A stretch of 64,000 nucleotides of DNA from Candidatus Tenderia sp. (GCA_031416075.1 JANOSY010000089.1:1-64000); one strand, 5' to 3'. Numbered from the stretch's first letter, positions 23,781 to 34,424 are shown. The notes: a model not told the origin generated them from the letters alone. Made by a program: numbers and translations.

Positions 23781-24662
23781 TTAATTGGCAAAAGGTGTAA
23801 CCTTCAGCGCTTTTAACGCAGCTTCCAATTTATCCAAACTGATGGGTTCTACAAAACCATCAATGCCAGCACTTTTAGCTGCGGCGTCATCTGATTTAAG
23901 TGCCAAAATAGCGGCTTTTACCTTTGCTGCCAGATCCGCTGGTGTGTTTTTGGAGGAGACCAGAAACCATTCTGGGTACAGATCTGTACTATGTGCTAAT
24001 GGCAACTCATCTTTTTTCTCATCAACGATAGTAAAGTCACTAACAGATAGTTTCCCTTCTTTCTGCATTGCCTCCAGCACACCGCTCCGAATAAAACCAA
24101 CGTCTATCACACCCGCTTTAACCGATAACGGAATATCATCCTGCTTTTTAGACTCTATAAATGATGCAAATTCCGATGACTTAACACCGGCCTGCAAAAC
24201 GTGGCTGGTCTGGAATAACCAGGCACCGGCAGAGACGCCAAATTGATAGCCCATGACATGTTTGCCTTTCAGATCCGTGGATTTATTAATGCCGCTACCA
24301 CTTTTAGAGATAATCACCCCGGCAAACTTTGTTGCCCCTTTGGTTTTCATCGTGGCCATGGGCTTGGCTCCCAATTGCTTAATGACAACAGCCGCTAAGA
24401 CGGGATTCACCAGGACAAAGTCAACCTCACCTTTTTCCACCGCGTCGTCTATCTTTTCGGCCAGCAGTGGTACCAGCTCAATCGGTTTTCCCGCCGCTGT
24501 GCTCATGTATTCTGTTAATGCCTCCCATTTTTTTGCCTCCAGTGGTCCACGGGGTGCATTGACACCAAAACGTAAGTCGGCAGCATGGCCCGCCACAGAA
24601 AACAGCAATGCACCAACGCCCACTGCCCTTAACCAGATACTTTTACGCATAGATACCTTCAT
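23781..24662 (-). CDS. PhnD/phosphonate-binding-family periplasmic protein, stand-alone
   Basis: Signal peptide, VDFVLVNP, DVGFIRSGVLE, STDLYPEW; no ABC permease nearby. Confidence 0.8.
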   Translation of the reverse strand: MKVSMRKSIWLRAVGVGALLFSVAGHAADLRFGVNAPRGPLEAKKWEALTEYMSTAAGKPIELVPLLAEKIDDAVEKGEVDFVLVNPVLAAVVIKQLGAKPMATMKTKGATKFAGVIISKSGSGINKSTDLKGKHVMGYQFGVSAGAWLFQTSHVLQAGVKSSEFASFIESKKQDDIPLSVKAGVIDVGFIRSGVLEAMQKEGKLSVSDFTIVDEKKDELPLAHSTDLYPEWFLVSSKNTPADLAAKVKAAILALKSDDAAAKSAGIDGFVEPISLDKLEAALKALKVTPFAN

Positions 24663-24831
24663 ATACTTACAGTAATTATTCGGCGCTTATTAACAAAACT
24701 GAAACAAGCAACATTCATCACTAGGGAGTAACGGCGGTAGCAGGTTTTTTCTTTAAACGGGGAGAGGCTGTTTGTATTACAGCGCTAACAGGTCTGTTAT
24801 GGCGAGGTATCAACTAGTGGATGGGGGCTAA

Positions 24832-25290
24832 GGAACCTCTGAATAATCCCCACAATCTGGCATAATTATCACCGTTAATCCAGCGAGATAAAAAGATGAC
24901 TCAACTGACTTTGGCCGAAGCAGAGTATGCCCACAAAAGACACAAAACACGCCGTGAGCTGTTGCTGGCGAAAATGGATAGGTTGATCCCCTAGACCAAG
25001 TTGGAAAAAAATTGCACCCTATTACCCCAAGGCCGAGAACGTCCGTCCGCCCTATCCATTACCCACCATGCTGCGCGTACACAGCCTGCAATTATTTTAC
25101 AATCTAAGTGATCCTGCCATGGAAGACGCATTGTATGAAATCGAATCCATGCGCCAATTTGTCGGTTTGCGGTTATCCGAACGTCTGCCAGATGAGACCA
25201 TGATACTAAACTTCCGCCACTTTCTGGAACAACACAACCTGGGCAAAACACTATTCAACACCATCCATCAACATCTATCCGAACAGCTCC
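24832..25290 (+). pseudogene. Truncated IS5 (IS5 subgroup) transposase remnant
   Basis: CTAA|GGAACCTCTGAATAA left end; ATG 24896 MTQLTLAEAEY..KTRRE..IP* premature stop; downstream [34 protein letters not shown], then truncated. Confidence 0.88.
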
Positions 25291-25322
25291 GTAGGGTGGG
25301 CACGTCTTCTGTGCCCACGCGG
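25291..25322 (+). repeat. GTAG-type REP element
   Basis: GTAGGGTGGGCAC-gtcttct-GTGCCCACGCGG. Confidence 0.75.
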
Positions 25323-25345
25323 AACAATGGAATATTACACATCCA

Positions 25346-25849
25346 ATGACGCTCTCTGTTAACACCAAACACCATTTCCACAACATCACCACGCTCGGCA
25401 TCATCAGCGATACTCACGGTCTGTTACGTGATGAGGCTAAGGCTGCATTGCAAGGGAGTGATCTGATTTTTCATGCCGGTGACATCGGCACCCGTGCTGT
25501 TCTTGATAAGTTGCAGCAGATTGCGCCGACCATCGCGGTGCGCGGTAACATCGATAGTGACCGTTGGGCGGAGGCATTGCCGGAGGTTGTAACTGTGTCG
25601 GTGAATGGTATGAAGTTTCTGCTGCTGCACAACATCAGGGATCTGACTATTGATCCGGCGGTGCTGGGTTATCGGGCGGTGACCTATGGCCATTCACACA
25701 AGCCGCACAACGAACTGAAATCGGGTGTGCTCTTTTTTAATCCCGCCAGTGCCGGGCCGCGCCGTTTTTCGCTGCCGATTGCGGTGGGAAAGATTGTTTT
25801 AACGGCTGACGAGTTGCAGGCGCAGATTGTTGAACTCGATTGTGGTTAG
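25346..25849 (+). CDS. YfcE-like metallophosphoesterase
   Basis: SDTHG, HAGD, VRGNID, GHSH, NPAS motifs. Confidence 0.92.
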   Translation: MTLSVNTKHHFHNITTLGIISDTHGLLRDEAKAALQGSDLIFHAGDIGTRAVLDKLQQIAPTIAVRGNIDSDRWAEALPEVVTVSVNGMKFLLLHNIRDLTIDPAVLGYRAVTYGHSHKPHNELKSGVLFFNPASAGPRRFSLPIAVGKIVLTADELQAQIVELDCG

Positions 25850-25852
25850 TGG

Positions 25853-26347
25853 CTACAGCACAATCGGTCTGTTGGGTAGTTCATTAATGTTGTTGGTGGC
25901 GGCCGGAAAGTGTTGTGTCAGCAGCTTGCTAATGGCGATAATTCCATCGATCACACCCGCCTCAAACTGTTGCTGACGGAACCGCTGTTCCATCTGTTGG
26001 CAGATGGCTTCCCAGGTCTCATTGCCAACGTGCTGATGGATGCCTCGGTCGGCGATGATTTCGATGTCACGATCGGCCAGCAGTAGATAGATCAGTACAC
26101 CGCTGTTCTGTTCGGTGTCCCAAACCCGCAGTTGTGAAAAGAGTTCGATGGCCCGTTCACGGGCGCTCATCCGGCGCATAAGTGCGTTAAAGCTGAGGTG
26201 TGTCTCCACTACAAAACGTAACTCACCGTGGTGATGTGTCTCGCTATCGGCGATGGCCGCTTCAATGTTATCCAGCATTGATATTGGTAGTGTGCGTTGT
26301 CGCCACCAATTGGGTATTAGCAGGTGTCTTATCAGTCGTTTTATCAT
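25853..26347 (-). CDS. TPM domain protein
   Basis: WDTEQNSGVLIYLLLADRDIEIIADRGI, NELPNRP; start MIKRLIRH at 26347. Confidence 0.9.
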   Translation of the reverse strand: MIKRLIRHLLIPNWWRQRTLPISMLDNIEAAIADSETHHHGELRFVVETHLSFNALMRRMSARERAIELFSQLRVWDTEQNSGVLIYLLLADRDIEIIADRGIHQHVGNETWEAICQQMEQRFRQQQFEAGVIDGIIAISKLLTQHFPAATNNINELPNRPIVL

Positions 26348-26348
26348 T

Positions 26349-27230
26349 TCACCACCGTCCTGATGCGCCGCCGCCACCAAAGCCACCACCACCACCGCCA
26401 AAACCGCCGCCGCCAAAGCCACCACTCCGCCCCATGCCATTGCCACCCATTCCACCAAAACCACCACCGCCGTGCCCACCACTGGCCAGGGTGAAGATAA
26501 AGACGAAGATAGCGGCGATCAGCGTAAATATCAGTGAGCTGAAGAGTAACCAGGTGGCGACGCCGATGATGGTGCTAACGATGGTGGCACCGAGTAGCTG
26601 GCCAAAGAGTGCCCGCATCATACCTGTCAAGACAACGGTGGCGACTATGAGTGCGATGAGTGTATTGCCCGCACCATCGGCACTACCATTTTGTTGCGAC
26701 TTTGGTTCTGGTAGCGGTTCACCTTCGATCAGGCGCGCCAAACGATCAACGCCTGCCACCAGTCCGGTGTAGTAGTCGTTGTCACGAAAATGGGGCAGCA
26801 TGATTTCGTTGATTACCCGTTTGGCGATGGCGTCGGGTATCACCCCTTCAAGGCCATACCCCACTTCGAGTCGCGTGGCGCGATCTTGCAGTGCGACCAG
26901 AATCAACAGGCCATCATCTATCCCTTTGCGTCCCAGTTGCCACTGCTCTGCTACACGGATTGCATATTGCTCGATGGTTTCAGGTGCGGTGGTGGGCACT
27001 AACAGGATGGCAATCTGGCTCCCTTTGTTGGTCTCCAGTGCACGCAGTGTTGCGTCCAGTTGTGCCAGTTGGTTTTGTGAGAGTGTGGCGCTGAGATCGG
27101 TGATGCGTGTTTTGAGCGGCGGCACCACAATCTCTGCTGTTGCTTGCAGGGTAGTGAACAGTAGCAGACAGAGCAGCCACCAGCGCCAGACTGGTGCTGC
27201 GCTATCGGTTATTGATGTGTGTAGTGGCAT
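26349..27230 (-). CDS. TPM domain (YgcG-like) membrane protein
   Basis: RLEVGYGLEGVIPD, Gly-rich tail GGGGFGGGGASGRW. Confidence 0.92.
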   Translation of the reverse strand: MPLHTSITDSAAPVWRWWLLCLLLFTTLQATAEIVVPPLKTRITDLSATLSQNQLAQLDATLRALETNKGSQIAILLVPTTAPETIEQYAIRVAEQWQLGRKGIDDGLLILVALQDRATRLEVGYGLEGVIPDAIAKRVINEIMLPHFRDNDYYTGLVAGVDRLARLIEGEPLPEPKSQQNGSADGAGNTLIALIVATVVLTGMMRALFGQLLGATIVSTIIGVATWLLFSSLIFTLIAAIFVFIFTLASGGHGGGGFGGMGGNGMGRSGGFGGGGFGGGGGGFGGGGASGRW

Positions 27231-27233
27231 CGA

Positions 27234-27836
27234 TTAATTGGCCGGTGTTGTACCAAAATCAACTTTGGGCGGGGTTGAAATCTCTTTTTCGTTTTCAACG
27301 GCAAAGTTCGATTTTACTTTGGCACCGGTGACCATGGCGGTTAAGTTGCTGGGGAATGAACGTACGGTGATGTTGTAGGCCTCAACTGCTTTGATGTATC
27401 GGTTGCGGGCAACGGTGATACGATTTTCGGTCCCTTCCAGTTGCGCCTGCAAGTCACGGAACAGTCCGTCGGCTTTTAGTTGTGGATAGTTTTCAGCCAC
27501 TAACATTAAACGTGATAGTGCGGAGGAGAGTTGGCCCTGGCTGGCTTGAAATCTGGCAAACGCTTCAGGGTCATTAATTAATTCAGGGGTTGCCTGCATT
27601 GAACCTACTCTGGCACGCGCTTCGGTCACGGTGGTGAGCACTTCCGATTCATGGGCAGCATAACCTTTAACGGTATTAACAAGATTGGGTACCAGGTCGG
27701 CGCGCCGCTGATATTGGTTGAGCACTTCAGACCAGCTGGATTTGATCTGTTCATCGGTTGCTTGCAGTGTGTTGTAGCCACAGCCGCTGAGCAGCAGGCT
27801 GATGATCAATATTAAATAAGGTGTTAAATGGCGCAT
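27234..27836 (-). CDS. lemA: LemA family protein
   Basis: GCGYN, QYQRRADLVPNLV, YPQLKA, LEGTENRITVAR. Confidence 0.95.
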   Translation of the reverse strand: MRHLTPYLILIISLLLSGCGYNTLQATDEQIKSSWSEVLNQYQRRADLVPNLVNTVKGYAAHESEVLTTVTEARARVGSMQATPELINDPEAFARFQASQGQLSSALSRLMLVAENYPQLKADGLFRDLQAQLEGTENRITVARNRYIKAVEAYNITVRSFPSNLTAMVTGAKVKSNFAVENEKEISTPPKVDFGTTPAN

Positions 27837-27893
27837 GGTATCGCTCTCCTGGTAATCATGGTTAACCAATGTTTTATGGGGCGTGATGCCCAG

Positions 27894-28895
27894 CTATTTT
27901 TTTATGGCCGGTTCTGGTTTTGTGGAAAAGTCTAACACACTGTTGCGTAGTGTCTCCGACAGGATAGTATTGGTATCGTCCAGCAGTCGCTGGCGTGTCT
28001 GTTCGATGGTAGTGGCAGATACTTTGAGTGGCCAACGTTTTATTCCAATATCCTTGCCGTTACTATCTCTCATGTTTAGCTCCAGTGTGCCTCGCAGCCA
28101 GTACCATCCCCGTTGCATGACCAGCGGGTCGAGTGTGGCGCTGATGTTGAGTGTGTAGTCAGGGCTCTCTTCGCTGAGAAAAAACCCGGCGGCTGATGCT
28201 GCACTGCTCAGTTGATGTTGCAGATCATCCTGCATCTCGCCACGGGCGCTGGTGGCGATTTTTGTTTTATTGATGATTGCGTCACGGTTGTGTTGTAACT
28301 CAGAGAGTGCAGTGGTGGATGGAGTTATGTTAGGGGCATTTTCATCAATGACCTGTAGTGCACTCTGTGCCATATTGCGTTGTTGTTGTAGTTCGATGGC
28401 CTTTTGCAGCAGCGCTGCTTTTGCCAGCGGCAGGGTGGCTAGCTCTAGCTGTTTCAGTTGTTGTGCGGTAGCGTTGTCAAGACGAGCGATATCCTGTTTG
28501 AACTGCTGTTGTGCACGGTTGCGTGATAAGACCGCCAGCACATGGTGGCGCTTGTTGGTTTTATCGTGCCACATGCCACCAATCTCAATGCCTTGCAGTG
28601 TACGTGATGTATAGCGGTTGATGTTGCTGGATGTCTGTCCTATAGAATCGCCTTGATTTTGTTGGCTGTGTGTTTGTATGGCGTCTCCAAGCTGCGTGGC
28701 TATCTCGCTGCGTGCAATATCTTTAGCACTGTTTAGATCGGCGGCACTGCCGTGACCAGTGAAATAGAGTGTGGGTGGAAATTTTATACTGCTGCCCGTT
28801 ACCCATTCAGGCTCGGGTACTTTTACGGGCATAAGGCTGCAAGCATTTAGAAGGAGTATGGTCAGTGTAATGAGGGTTGTGTAGATGATTTTCAT
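27894..28895 (-). CDS. LPP20-family lipoprotein
   Basis: Lipobox LNAC, PEWV, GHGSA..AKDIARSEIA. Confidence 0.75.
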   Translation of the reverse strand: MKIIYTTLITLTILLLNACSLMPVKVPEPEWVTGSSIKFPPTLYFTGHGSAADLNSAKDIARSEIATQLGDAIQTHSQQNQGDSIGQTSSNINRYTSRTLQGIEIGGMWHDKTNKRHHVLAVLSRNRAQQQFKQDIARLDNATAQQLKQLELATLPLAKAALLQKAIELQQQRNMAQSALQVIDENAPNITPSTTALSELQHNRDAIINKTKIATSARGEMQDDLQHQLSSAASAAGFFLSEESPDYTLNISATLDPLVMQRGWYWLRGTLELNMRDSNGKDIGIKRWPLKVSATTIEQTRQRLLDDTNTILSETLRNSVLDFSTKPEPAIKK

Positions 28896-30196
28896 CAGCG
28901 TGGTCTCGTGCCGGTAGCGTTGGAGTTGGCCCAGTGCCAGGAGATAAAGTGTAGTGTATCTTTGGTGATCTTTACATCAGGCCATAATTTTGAATATTGG
29001 TTATCAAGTTTAAGTTCAATGTCATATTTGTCCGGCAGCAGTGTGGTGCGGGCGATTAAAATGTTTTGTGGCAGTGTATTCCAGGCGCGGGTATCGGCCT
29101 GCTCGCTAACAAAGGTGGCAATGTTGAGGGCGATCCCGAGTAGCGGAGATTGCCCGCTGGCATTGTCTACCAGTTTGTTTTTAACACTGACTCGGGCAAC
29201 GGTGCGGGCAATAATCGCGGGCATCTGGGCGCGCAGATTGGCATTGGCGTGTTGATCAAGTTGATCAATTAATTCGGCCTGACTCCGCTGGCCAGCGGCC
29301 AGCAGTGTGATGCTGTGAATCTGGGGTATCCGTGTTTCATAAAATGGAACGGATATACGGTGCAGTTGGCCATTGTTGAATGAGGCGGCACTGATGGCTT
29401 GGCTATGTTTGCGGGGTATCAGACCATTGAAGATAACGGCTACTATCTGGCCCTTCTGTTTTAGTTCGGCCTGTGTCGGCCACTCTTTGAGTTGAAACTC
29501 GTCTTGATATTTTTTCTGTTCGTCATGGATGCCAAGATGTTCACTGAGCCTTAACAGGTCTTGCTGTAACAGTAATGGAATTTTTGTGTTGTTGGCACGG
29601 TAATCGTTATAGGTTTGGCGATAGGCGATCATTGCATCATCAAGTTCGTCGTTGGCCTCAAAGATCAGGCCGATGATGTAATGGGCAAAGGGCAGCTGAT
29701 TGTTGTCGTTGTTCTGTTTAAGCAGTTCGTTGAGTTGCAACGCCTCAACACGTGCACTGTTGTTTTCACCCAGCTCCAGATAGTTGAGCGCCATGATAGT
29801 GTGTAACATGGCCCGTTCAAAAAGCGGTGGCAGATAGCTACGCATGGCGTCATTAACAGAGATGGCGGCGGCCTGTTCGCGCAGGCTGAGGGCATCCAGT
29901 GTTTCAATGATGGGTTTGGCCTGTTCCAAGGCTGTGTTGCTTGCCTGCAACTCTCCCTGCATACGCAGCAGTATCCCTTTGTTGAGATGATAAAGAACTT
30001 TATCGCGATCACTCAGTTTTTGATCATCAAGGGCCTTCAGCGCTTTTTCTGGCTGTTGCAACATCAGATGTTTTTCTAATACATCCTGTTGATAGGTAAA
30101 GCTGACGCAGCCACTGCTGATCAGTGTGATCGTTAGAATAAAAACGAGAGAGACCGCCCGGAAGGCGGCCTCTTTACTGCCATGCCTGTTTTTCAC
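28895..30196 (-). CDS. COG3014-family TPR-like lipoprotein
   Basis: SSGC lipobox, EQADTRAWNTLP motif; typical LpoB neighbour. Confidence 0.8.
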   Translation of the reverse strand: MKNRHGSKEAAFRAVSLVFILTITLISSGCVSFTYQQDVLEKHLMLQQPEKALKALDDQKLSDRDKVLYHLNKGILLRMQGELQASNTALEQAKPIIETLDALSLREQAAAISVNDAMRSYLPPLFERAMLHTIMALNYLELGENNSARVEALQLNELLKQNNDNNQLPFAHYIIGLIFEANDELDDAMIAYRQTYNDYRANNTKIPLLLQQDLLRLSEHLGIHDEQKKYQDEFQLKEWPTQAELKQKGQIVAVIFNGLIPRKHSQAISAASFNNGQLHRISVPFYETRIPQIHSITLLAAGQRSQAELIDQLDQHANANLRAQMPAIIARTVARVSVKNKLVDNASGQSPLLGIALNIATFVSEQADTRAWNTLPQNILIARTTLLPDKYDIELKLDNQYSKLWPDVKITKDTLHFISWHWANSNATGTRPR

Positions 30197-30205
30197 GTCG
30201 GTTGT

Positions 30206-30817
30206 TTACCAGCGTAGTCCAGGACGTTTGACAAGTTTTTTGATCTTTTTCTGTCCGACCCAAACTTTACGATTGTCGGCCATGCTGATCAGGGTGAGGT
30301 CGATCTGATAGTAACGGACTTGAGTTTTGCCGTCGGTATCGAGGATGGAGTTGATGGTCCCTTTGAGCATAAAGTCAGCACCAATCTCCTGACCCATGGC
30401 GTTAATGGTACCAGTGCGGGCGTTGAGATCCTGATCACGGCGCTCATCACGGACTTCGTTACGTTCGCTGCGGGAGGCAACAAACTCAATTTTGCTGGCG
30501 TTAATCAGTTCACGCTCCATGTCGCCTACAAAGGTGGCAACGTTGATGTGCTCGTGACTCAGGTTTTTAATATCGCCAACAATGACGGTGGGTACTTTCT
30601 GTTTTTGGCTTTGAAAGTCGGTGATCCATGCCCGTGACAACACATCGCGAATCATCTCCTCTGATACCAGTCGTGAGTCGGTGTCGTTCCAGTCACCGCT
30701 CAGGTCACTGCTCTCCTCTACGGCCATACGTTCAACGCTGGTGGTGCAGCCACTTAACAGACCGCCACCCAATGTCAGCGCCAACAGCGTTGTGCCTGTG
30801 ATCAATTTACGTATCAT
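30206..30817 (-). CDS. lpoB: Penicillin-binding protein activator LpoB-like lipoprotein
   Basis: LSGC lipobox, DLSGDWNDTDSRLV, GADFMLKGTI, IKKLV. Confidence 0.8.
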   Translation of the reverse strand: MIRKLITGTTLLALTLGGGLLSGCTTSVERMAVEESSDLSGDWNDTDSRLVSEEMIRDVLSRAWITDFQSQKQKVPTVIVGDIKNLSHEHINVATFVGDMERELINASKIEFVASRSERNEVRDERRDQDLNARTGTINAMGQEIGADFMLKGTINSILDTDGKTQVRYYQIDLTLISMADNRKVWVGQKKIKKLVKRPGLRW

Positions 30818-30976
30818 TTTTCTATCTCCTGCCAGTCGGCCAAAAACGGTTGTCTAGCTTGTGCTGTTTATTCGGATCTATTTTGCCACCCACACCATCG
30901 GTTTGCCGGGATGGATGGTGTGGCGATGTTGATGAGCTGCCCTATTATGGTGGGATTGTTAGCGCTGCGCCAGCGG

Positions 30977-31714
30977 TTAGCTACCGCAACCAAAGGCGGC
31001 ACTACAGCCAAAACGGTACTGCAGGGCGCTGGCATGGGCAGTTTTGGCCCATTTTAGGACATCAACGATGGTGCCAGCATTGCCGCAATCATCGGGATTA
31101 AACAGTGGCGTTTCAAGATCCTCCTCCAGCTCCGTTAGGCGCTCGATCTCCAGTGCAGAGAGCTGTTGCAGTGTCGGCACGCTGCTGTTGATACAGGGGG
31201 CGCATTCACCGCTGAGTTGAGCTGGTGGTGTCAGCCCGGTGTGTTGTAACAGCGCGTTGAGTCTCTCATCATCACTGTTATAAAGCGGTTGCCAGACTTT
31301 GCGGTTGCCATGAAATTCGCAGCAGTCGATAAACTCAGTCGCTGGATTTTCGCTGTTTTGATCGGCGTTGCGGCGTGGTAACAGTACGATGGCCTGGTTC
31401 TCGGGGTCATATTGTTCGACCCAGTTTAAAAAGGGGATGCCCTTAAGATGCAGGCTGCACCACTGGTAGCGGCGGGTGGGGAACCCCTGTTTCATCAGCA
31501 TCAACTCGGTAAAGGGTTTGTTGGTTTTGAGGTGTACGGTCTTAAAACCGAGCGTCCGGACCCATGTCTCATAGTGCGCCACCTGGGCGAGCCACCCCTC
31601 GGCGGCCCAGCCGGTATCAACATAGACGACGGTCACATCGGCCAGTTGCTGCTCACTGGCCCACTGGATCAGGGCGATGGCGTTACGGCTGTAGTTACTG
31701 CGGAGTATGTACAT
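30977..31714 (-). CDS. PAPS-reductase-like (adenine nucleotide alpha hydrolase) Cys-rich protein
   Basis: VVYVDTGW, GFP..QWCSLHLK, ECAPCIN, C-terminal GCSAAFGCGS; start 31714 or 31750. Confidence 0.7.
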   Translation of the reverse strand: MYILRSNYSRNAIALIQWASEQQLADVTVVYVDTGWAAEGWLAQVAHYETWVRTLGFKTVHLKTNKPFTELMLMKQGFPTRRYQWCSLHLKGIPFLNWVEQYDPENQAIVLLPRRNADQNSENPATEFIDCCEFHGNRKVWQPLYNSDDERLNALLQHTGLTPPAQLSGECAPCINSSVPTLQQLSALEIERLTELEEDLETPLFNPDDCGNAGTIVDVLKWAKTAHASALQYRFGCSAAFGCGS

Positions 31715-31838
31715 AGGATTGGCTGGGTAGTTGTGGTGGTGTTTAACCATATCCTAAAAACGGTGGCTATAAAATAGCCACCATTGGCCCTAATGGCGGA
31801 AGTAAAGTAAAATGGCCGCCCTTCTGGAGTATGCCGCC

Positions 31839-33743
31839 ATGTCTCAATCCATCCTGTACCAAGAAAAATTTGACGTTATTGTTGTGGGTGGCGGCCACGC
31901 CGGGACTGAGGCGGCGCTGGCGGCGGCACGCATGGGGTGTAAAACCCTACTGCTGAGTCATAACATCGAGACCCTTGGCCAAATGAGCTGCAACCCCGCC
32001 ATCGGTGGTATCGGCAAAGGCCATCTGGTGAAAGAGGTGGATGCGCTGGGCGGTATCATGGCCCACGCCGCCGATCTGGGCGGTATCCAGTTCCGCACAC
32101 TCAATGCCCGTAAGGGGCCAGCGGTACGGGCTACTCGCGCCCAGGCCGACCGTACTCTATATAAAGCAGCAGTACGTGAGGCGCTGGAGAACCAGCCCAA
32201 CCTAGCGCTGTTCCAGCAGTCAGTGGACGACCTGATCGTCGAGAATGGCCGGGCCGTCGGCGTAGTAACCCAGATGGGGCTAAAGTTTCACGCCAAGGCG
32301 GTGGTGCTGACGGTGGGTACCTTTCTCGGTGGTTTGATCCACATCGGCCTGCAAAATTATGAAGGGGGTCGTGCCGGTGATCCCCCTTCCAACGCCCTCT
32401 CCCGCCGTCTGCGTGAGCTCCCCTTCACGGTGAGCCGCCTCAAGACCGGTACCCCGCCGCGCCTCGACGGCCGCAGCATCGACTTCAGCCAGATGGAGGA
32501 GCAGCCGGGCGATTCACCGATACCGGTATTCTCTTATATGGGGCGGGCGGCGCAGCATCCACGTCAGATCAGCTGTTACATCACCCATACCAATGCCCGC
32601 ACCCACGAAATTATTCGTGGCGGCCTTGACCGTTCACCCATGTACACCGGCGTGATCGAGGGGGTCGGGCCGCGTTACTGCCCCTCCATTGAAGACAAGA
32701 TCCACCGCTTTGCCGACAAAGATTCCCATCAACTCTTTATGGAGCCGGAGGGGTTGACCACCCACGAGATCTACCCCAATGGCATCTCCACCAGCCTGCC
32801 GTTTGATGTGCAGCTCGATCTGGTGCGTTCCATCAAGGGGCTGGAAAACGCCCGCATCACCCGCCCCGGCTACGCCATCGAGTATGACTTTTTCGACCCG
32901 CGTGAGCTGAAGAGCAGCCTGGAGACCAAACATATGGCGGGCCTCTTTTTTGCCGGTCAGATCAACGGTACCACCGGTTATGAAGAGGCGGCGGCCCAGG
33001 GGCTGATCGCCGGTATGAACGCCGCGTTGCAGGTACAGGAGAAAGAGGCGTGGTCGCCGCGCCGCGACGAGGCCTACGTCGGTGTACTCATCGACGACCT
33101 CATCACCCGTGGCACCCAAGAGCCGTACCGCATGTTCACCAGCCGTGCCGAGTACCGCCTGCTGCTGCGTGAAGATAATGCCGATCTGCGCCTCACCGAA
33201 CATGGCCGGCGTCTCGGGCTGGTAAATGATCTCCGTTGGGCTGCTTTTGAGGCCAAACGTGAGGCGGTAGTGCAGGAGCAGCAGCGGCTGACAGGCCTCT
33301 GGCTGCGCCCGACCCATCTGCCTGAGAGCGAGGCTGAGCGGGTATTGGGGGTAAAACTGACCAAAGAGCAGCGTGCCAGCGATGCCCTGCGCCGCCCCGA
33401 AGTGACCTATGAAACCCTGATGACGCTGGAAGGGATCGGGCCGGGTGTTGCCGACCCCGCTGTTGCTGAGCAGGTGGAGATCCAGGCCAAATATGCCGGT
33501 TACATCGGCCATCAGTTGGAAGAGATCGAACGCCACCGCAGCTATGAAGAGACACAGTTGCCGGAGAGTATCAATTACGCCGAGGTGGGCGGACTCTCCA
33601 ATGAAGTGCGACAGAAACTCACCCACCAGCGTCCCGCTACTTTGGGTCAGGCAGCCCGTATCCCTGGCATCACCCCAGCGGCAGTATCGTTGCTATTAGT
33701 CCATCTGAAAAAAATCGGTGGCAAGTTGTCGAGGTCGGCGTGA
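31839..33743 (+). CDS. mnmG: tRNA uridine 5-carboxymethylaminomethyl modification enzyme MnmG/GidA
   Basis: [48 protein letters not shown]. Confidence 0.99.
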   Translation: MSQSILYQEKFDVIVVGGGHAGTEAALAAARMGCKTLLLSHNIETLGQMSCNPAIGGIGKGHLVKEVDALGGIMAHAADLGGIQFRTLNARKGPAVRATRAQADRTLYKAAVREALENQPNLALFQQSVDDLIVENGRAVGVVTQMGLKFHAKAVVLTVGTFLGGLIHIGLQNYEGGRAGDPPSNALSRRLRELPFTVSRLKTGTPPRLDGRSIDFSQMEEQPGDSPIPVFSYMGRAAQHPRQISCYITHTNARTHEIIRGGLDRSPMYTGVIEGVGPRYCPSIEDKIHRFADKDSHQLFMEPEGLTTHEIYPNGISTSLPFDVQLDLVRSIKGLENARITRPGYAIEYDFFDPRELKSSLETKHMAGLFFAGQINGTTGYEEAAAQGLIAGMNAALQVQEKEAWSPRRDEAYVGVLIDDLITRGTQEPYRMFTSRAEYRLLLREDNADLRLTEHGRRLGLVNDLRWAAFEAKREAVVQEQQRLTGLWLRPTHLPESEAERVLGVKLTKEQRASDALRRPEVTYETLMTLEGIGPGVADPAVAEQVEIQAKYAGYIGHQLEEIERHRSYEETQLPESINYAEVGGLSNEVRQKLTHQRPATLGQAARIPGITPAAVSLLLVHLKKIGGKLSRSA

Positions 33744-34396
33744 TGGGGATGGACGACCGCGCCTGTTTGCGCGATGGCGCTGCTCGTATGGGCATCGTCC
33801 TGACCCCGGCTCAGGAGACGTCGTTGCTTCACTATCTGGCGCTGCTGCTGAAGTGGAACAAGGTCTACAACCTGATCTCTCGCCGTGCCAATGACAATCT
33901 GCTGGCCCTGCATCTGCTCGACAGTCTGTCGGTGTTGCCGTACATTAACGGCCCCAGCGTAGTGGATGTAGGCAGCGGTGCCGGTCTGCCCGGCATACCG
34001 TTGGCTATTATGTGTCCCGATTGCCACTTTACCCTGCTTGATAGCAACAGCAAAAAAGGGGGGTTCCGTACTCAAGCGGCAATCGAGCTGGGGTTGAAAA
34101 ATATAACGGTTATCAGCGCTCGGGCGGAAGAATTTCGGCCAGAACAGGGGTTTGGTCAGGTCATATCACGCGCCTTTGCCACCATTACAGACATGTTGGC
34201 AGTGGCAGGCCATCTGGCCACGCCAAATGGGCGATTTTTAGCCATGAAGGGGCTCTATCCCCATGACGAGCTAGCCGAACTGGCCGAATTGGCTAAAACA
34301 GCGCCGATATACCGGCTCGACACGGTACATGAACTGAAGGTCCCCGATCTCGGGGCGGAGCGGCATCTGGCCATTGTGGCCCGGGTCGCGGATTGA
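33740..34396 (+). CDS. rsmG: 16S rRNA m7G527 methyltransferase
   Basis: [24 protein letters not shown]. Confidence 0.97.
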   Translation: MMGMDDRACLRDGAARMGIVLTPAQETSLLHYLALLLKWNKVYNLISRRANDNLLALHLLDSLSVLPYINGPSVVDVGSGAGLPGIPLAIMCPDCHFTLLDSNSKKGGFRTQAAIELGLKNITVISARAEEFRPEQGFGQVISRAFATITDMLAVAGHLATPNGRFLAMKGLYPHDELAELAELAKTAPIYRLDTVHELKVPDLGAERHLAIVARVAD

Positions 34397-34424
34397 TTGT
34401 GAACAGATAAATAGCGACTAGCTC

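Noticed and set aside
25068-25349. 93-aa ORF as a functional gene
   Set aside because: It is an internal fragment of the IS5 pseudogene reading through a REP.
26360-26482. CCG/CCA-rich repeat and Pro-rich ORF 26200..26772
   Set aside because: It encodes the normal Gly-rich tail of the TPM protein on the minus strand; the N-terminal extension of ORF 25853..26482 is an artefact of the same tract.
30977-31750. DndC / phosphorothioation system
   Set aside because: No dndA/B/D/E or ssp genes nearby, the protein is too short, and the PP-loop is degenerate.
31751-31838. E. coli/Vibrio-type oriC next to mnmG (gidA)
   Set aside because: The gap is short, with no DnaA boxes or GATC cluster; the boxes are around dnaA instead.
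32634-33626. 330-aa minus-strand ORF
   Set aside because: Antisense shadow of GC-rich mnmG.
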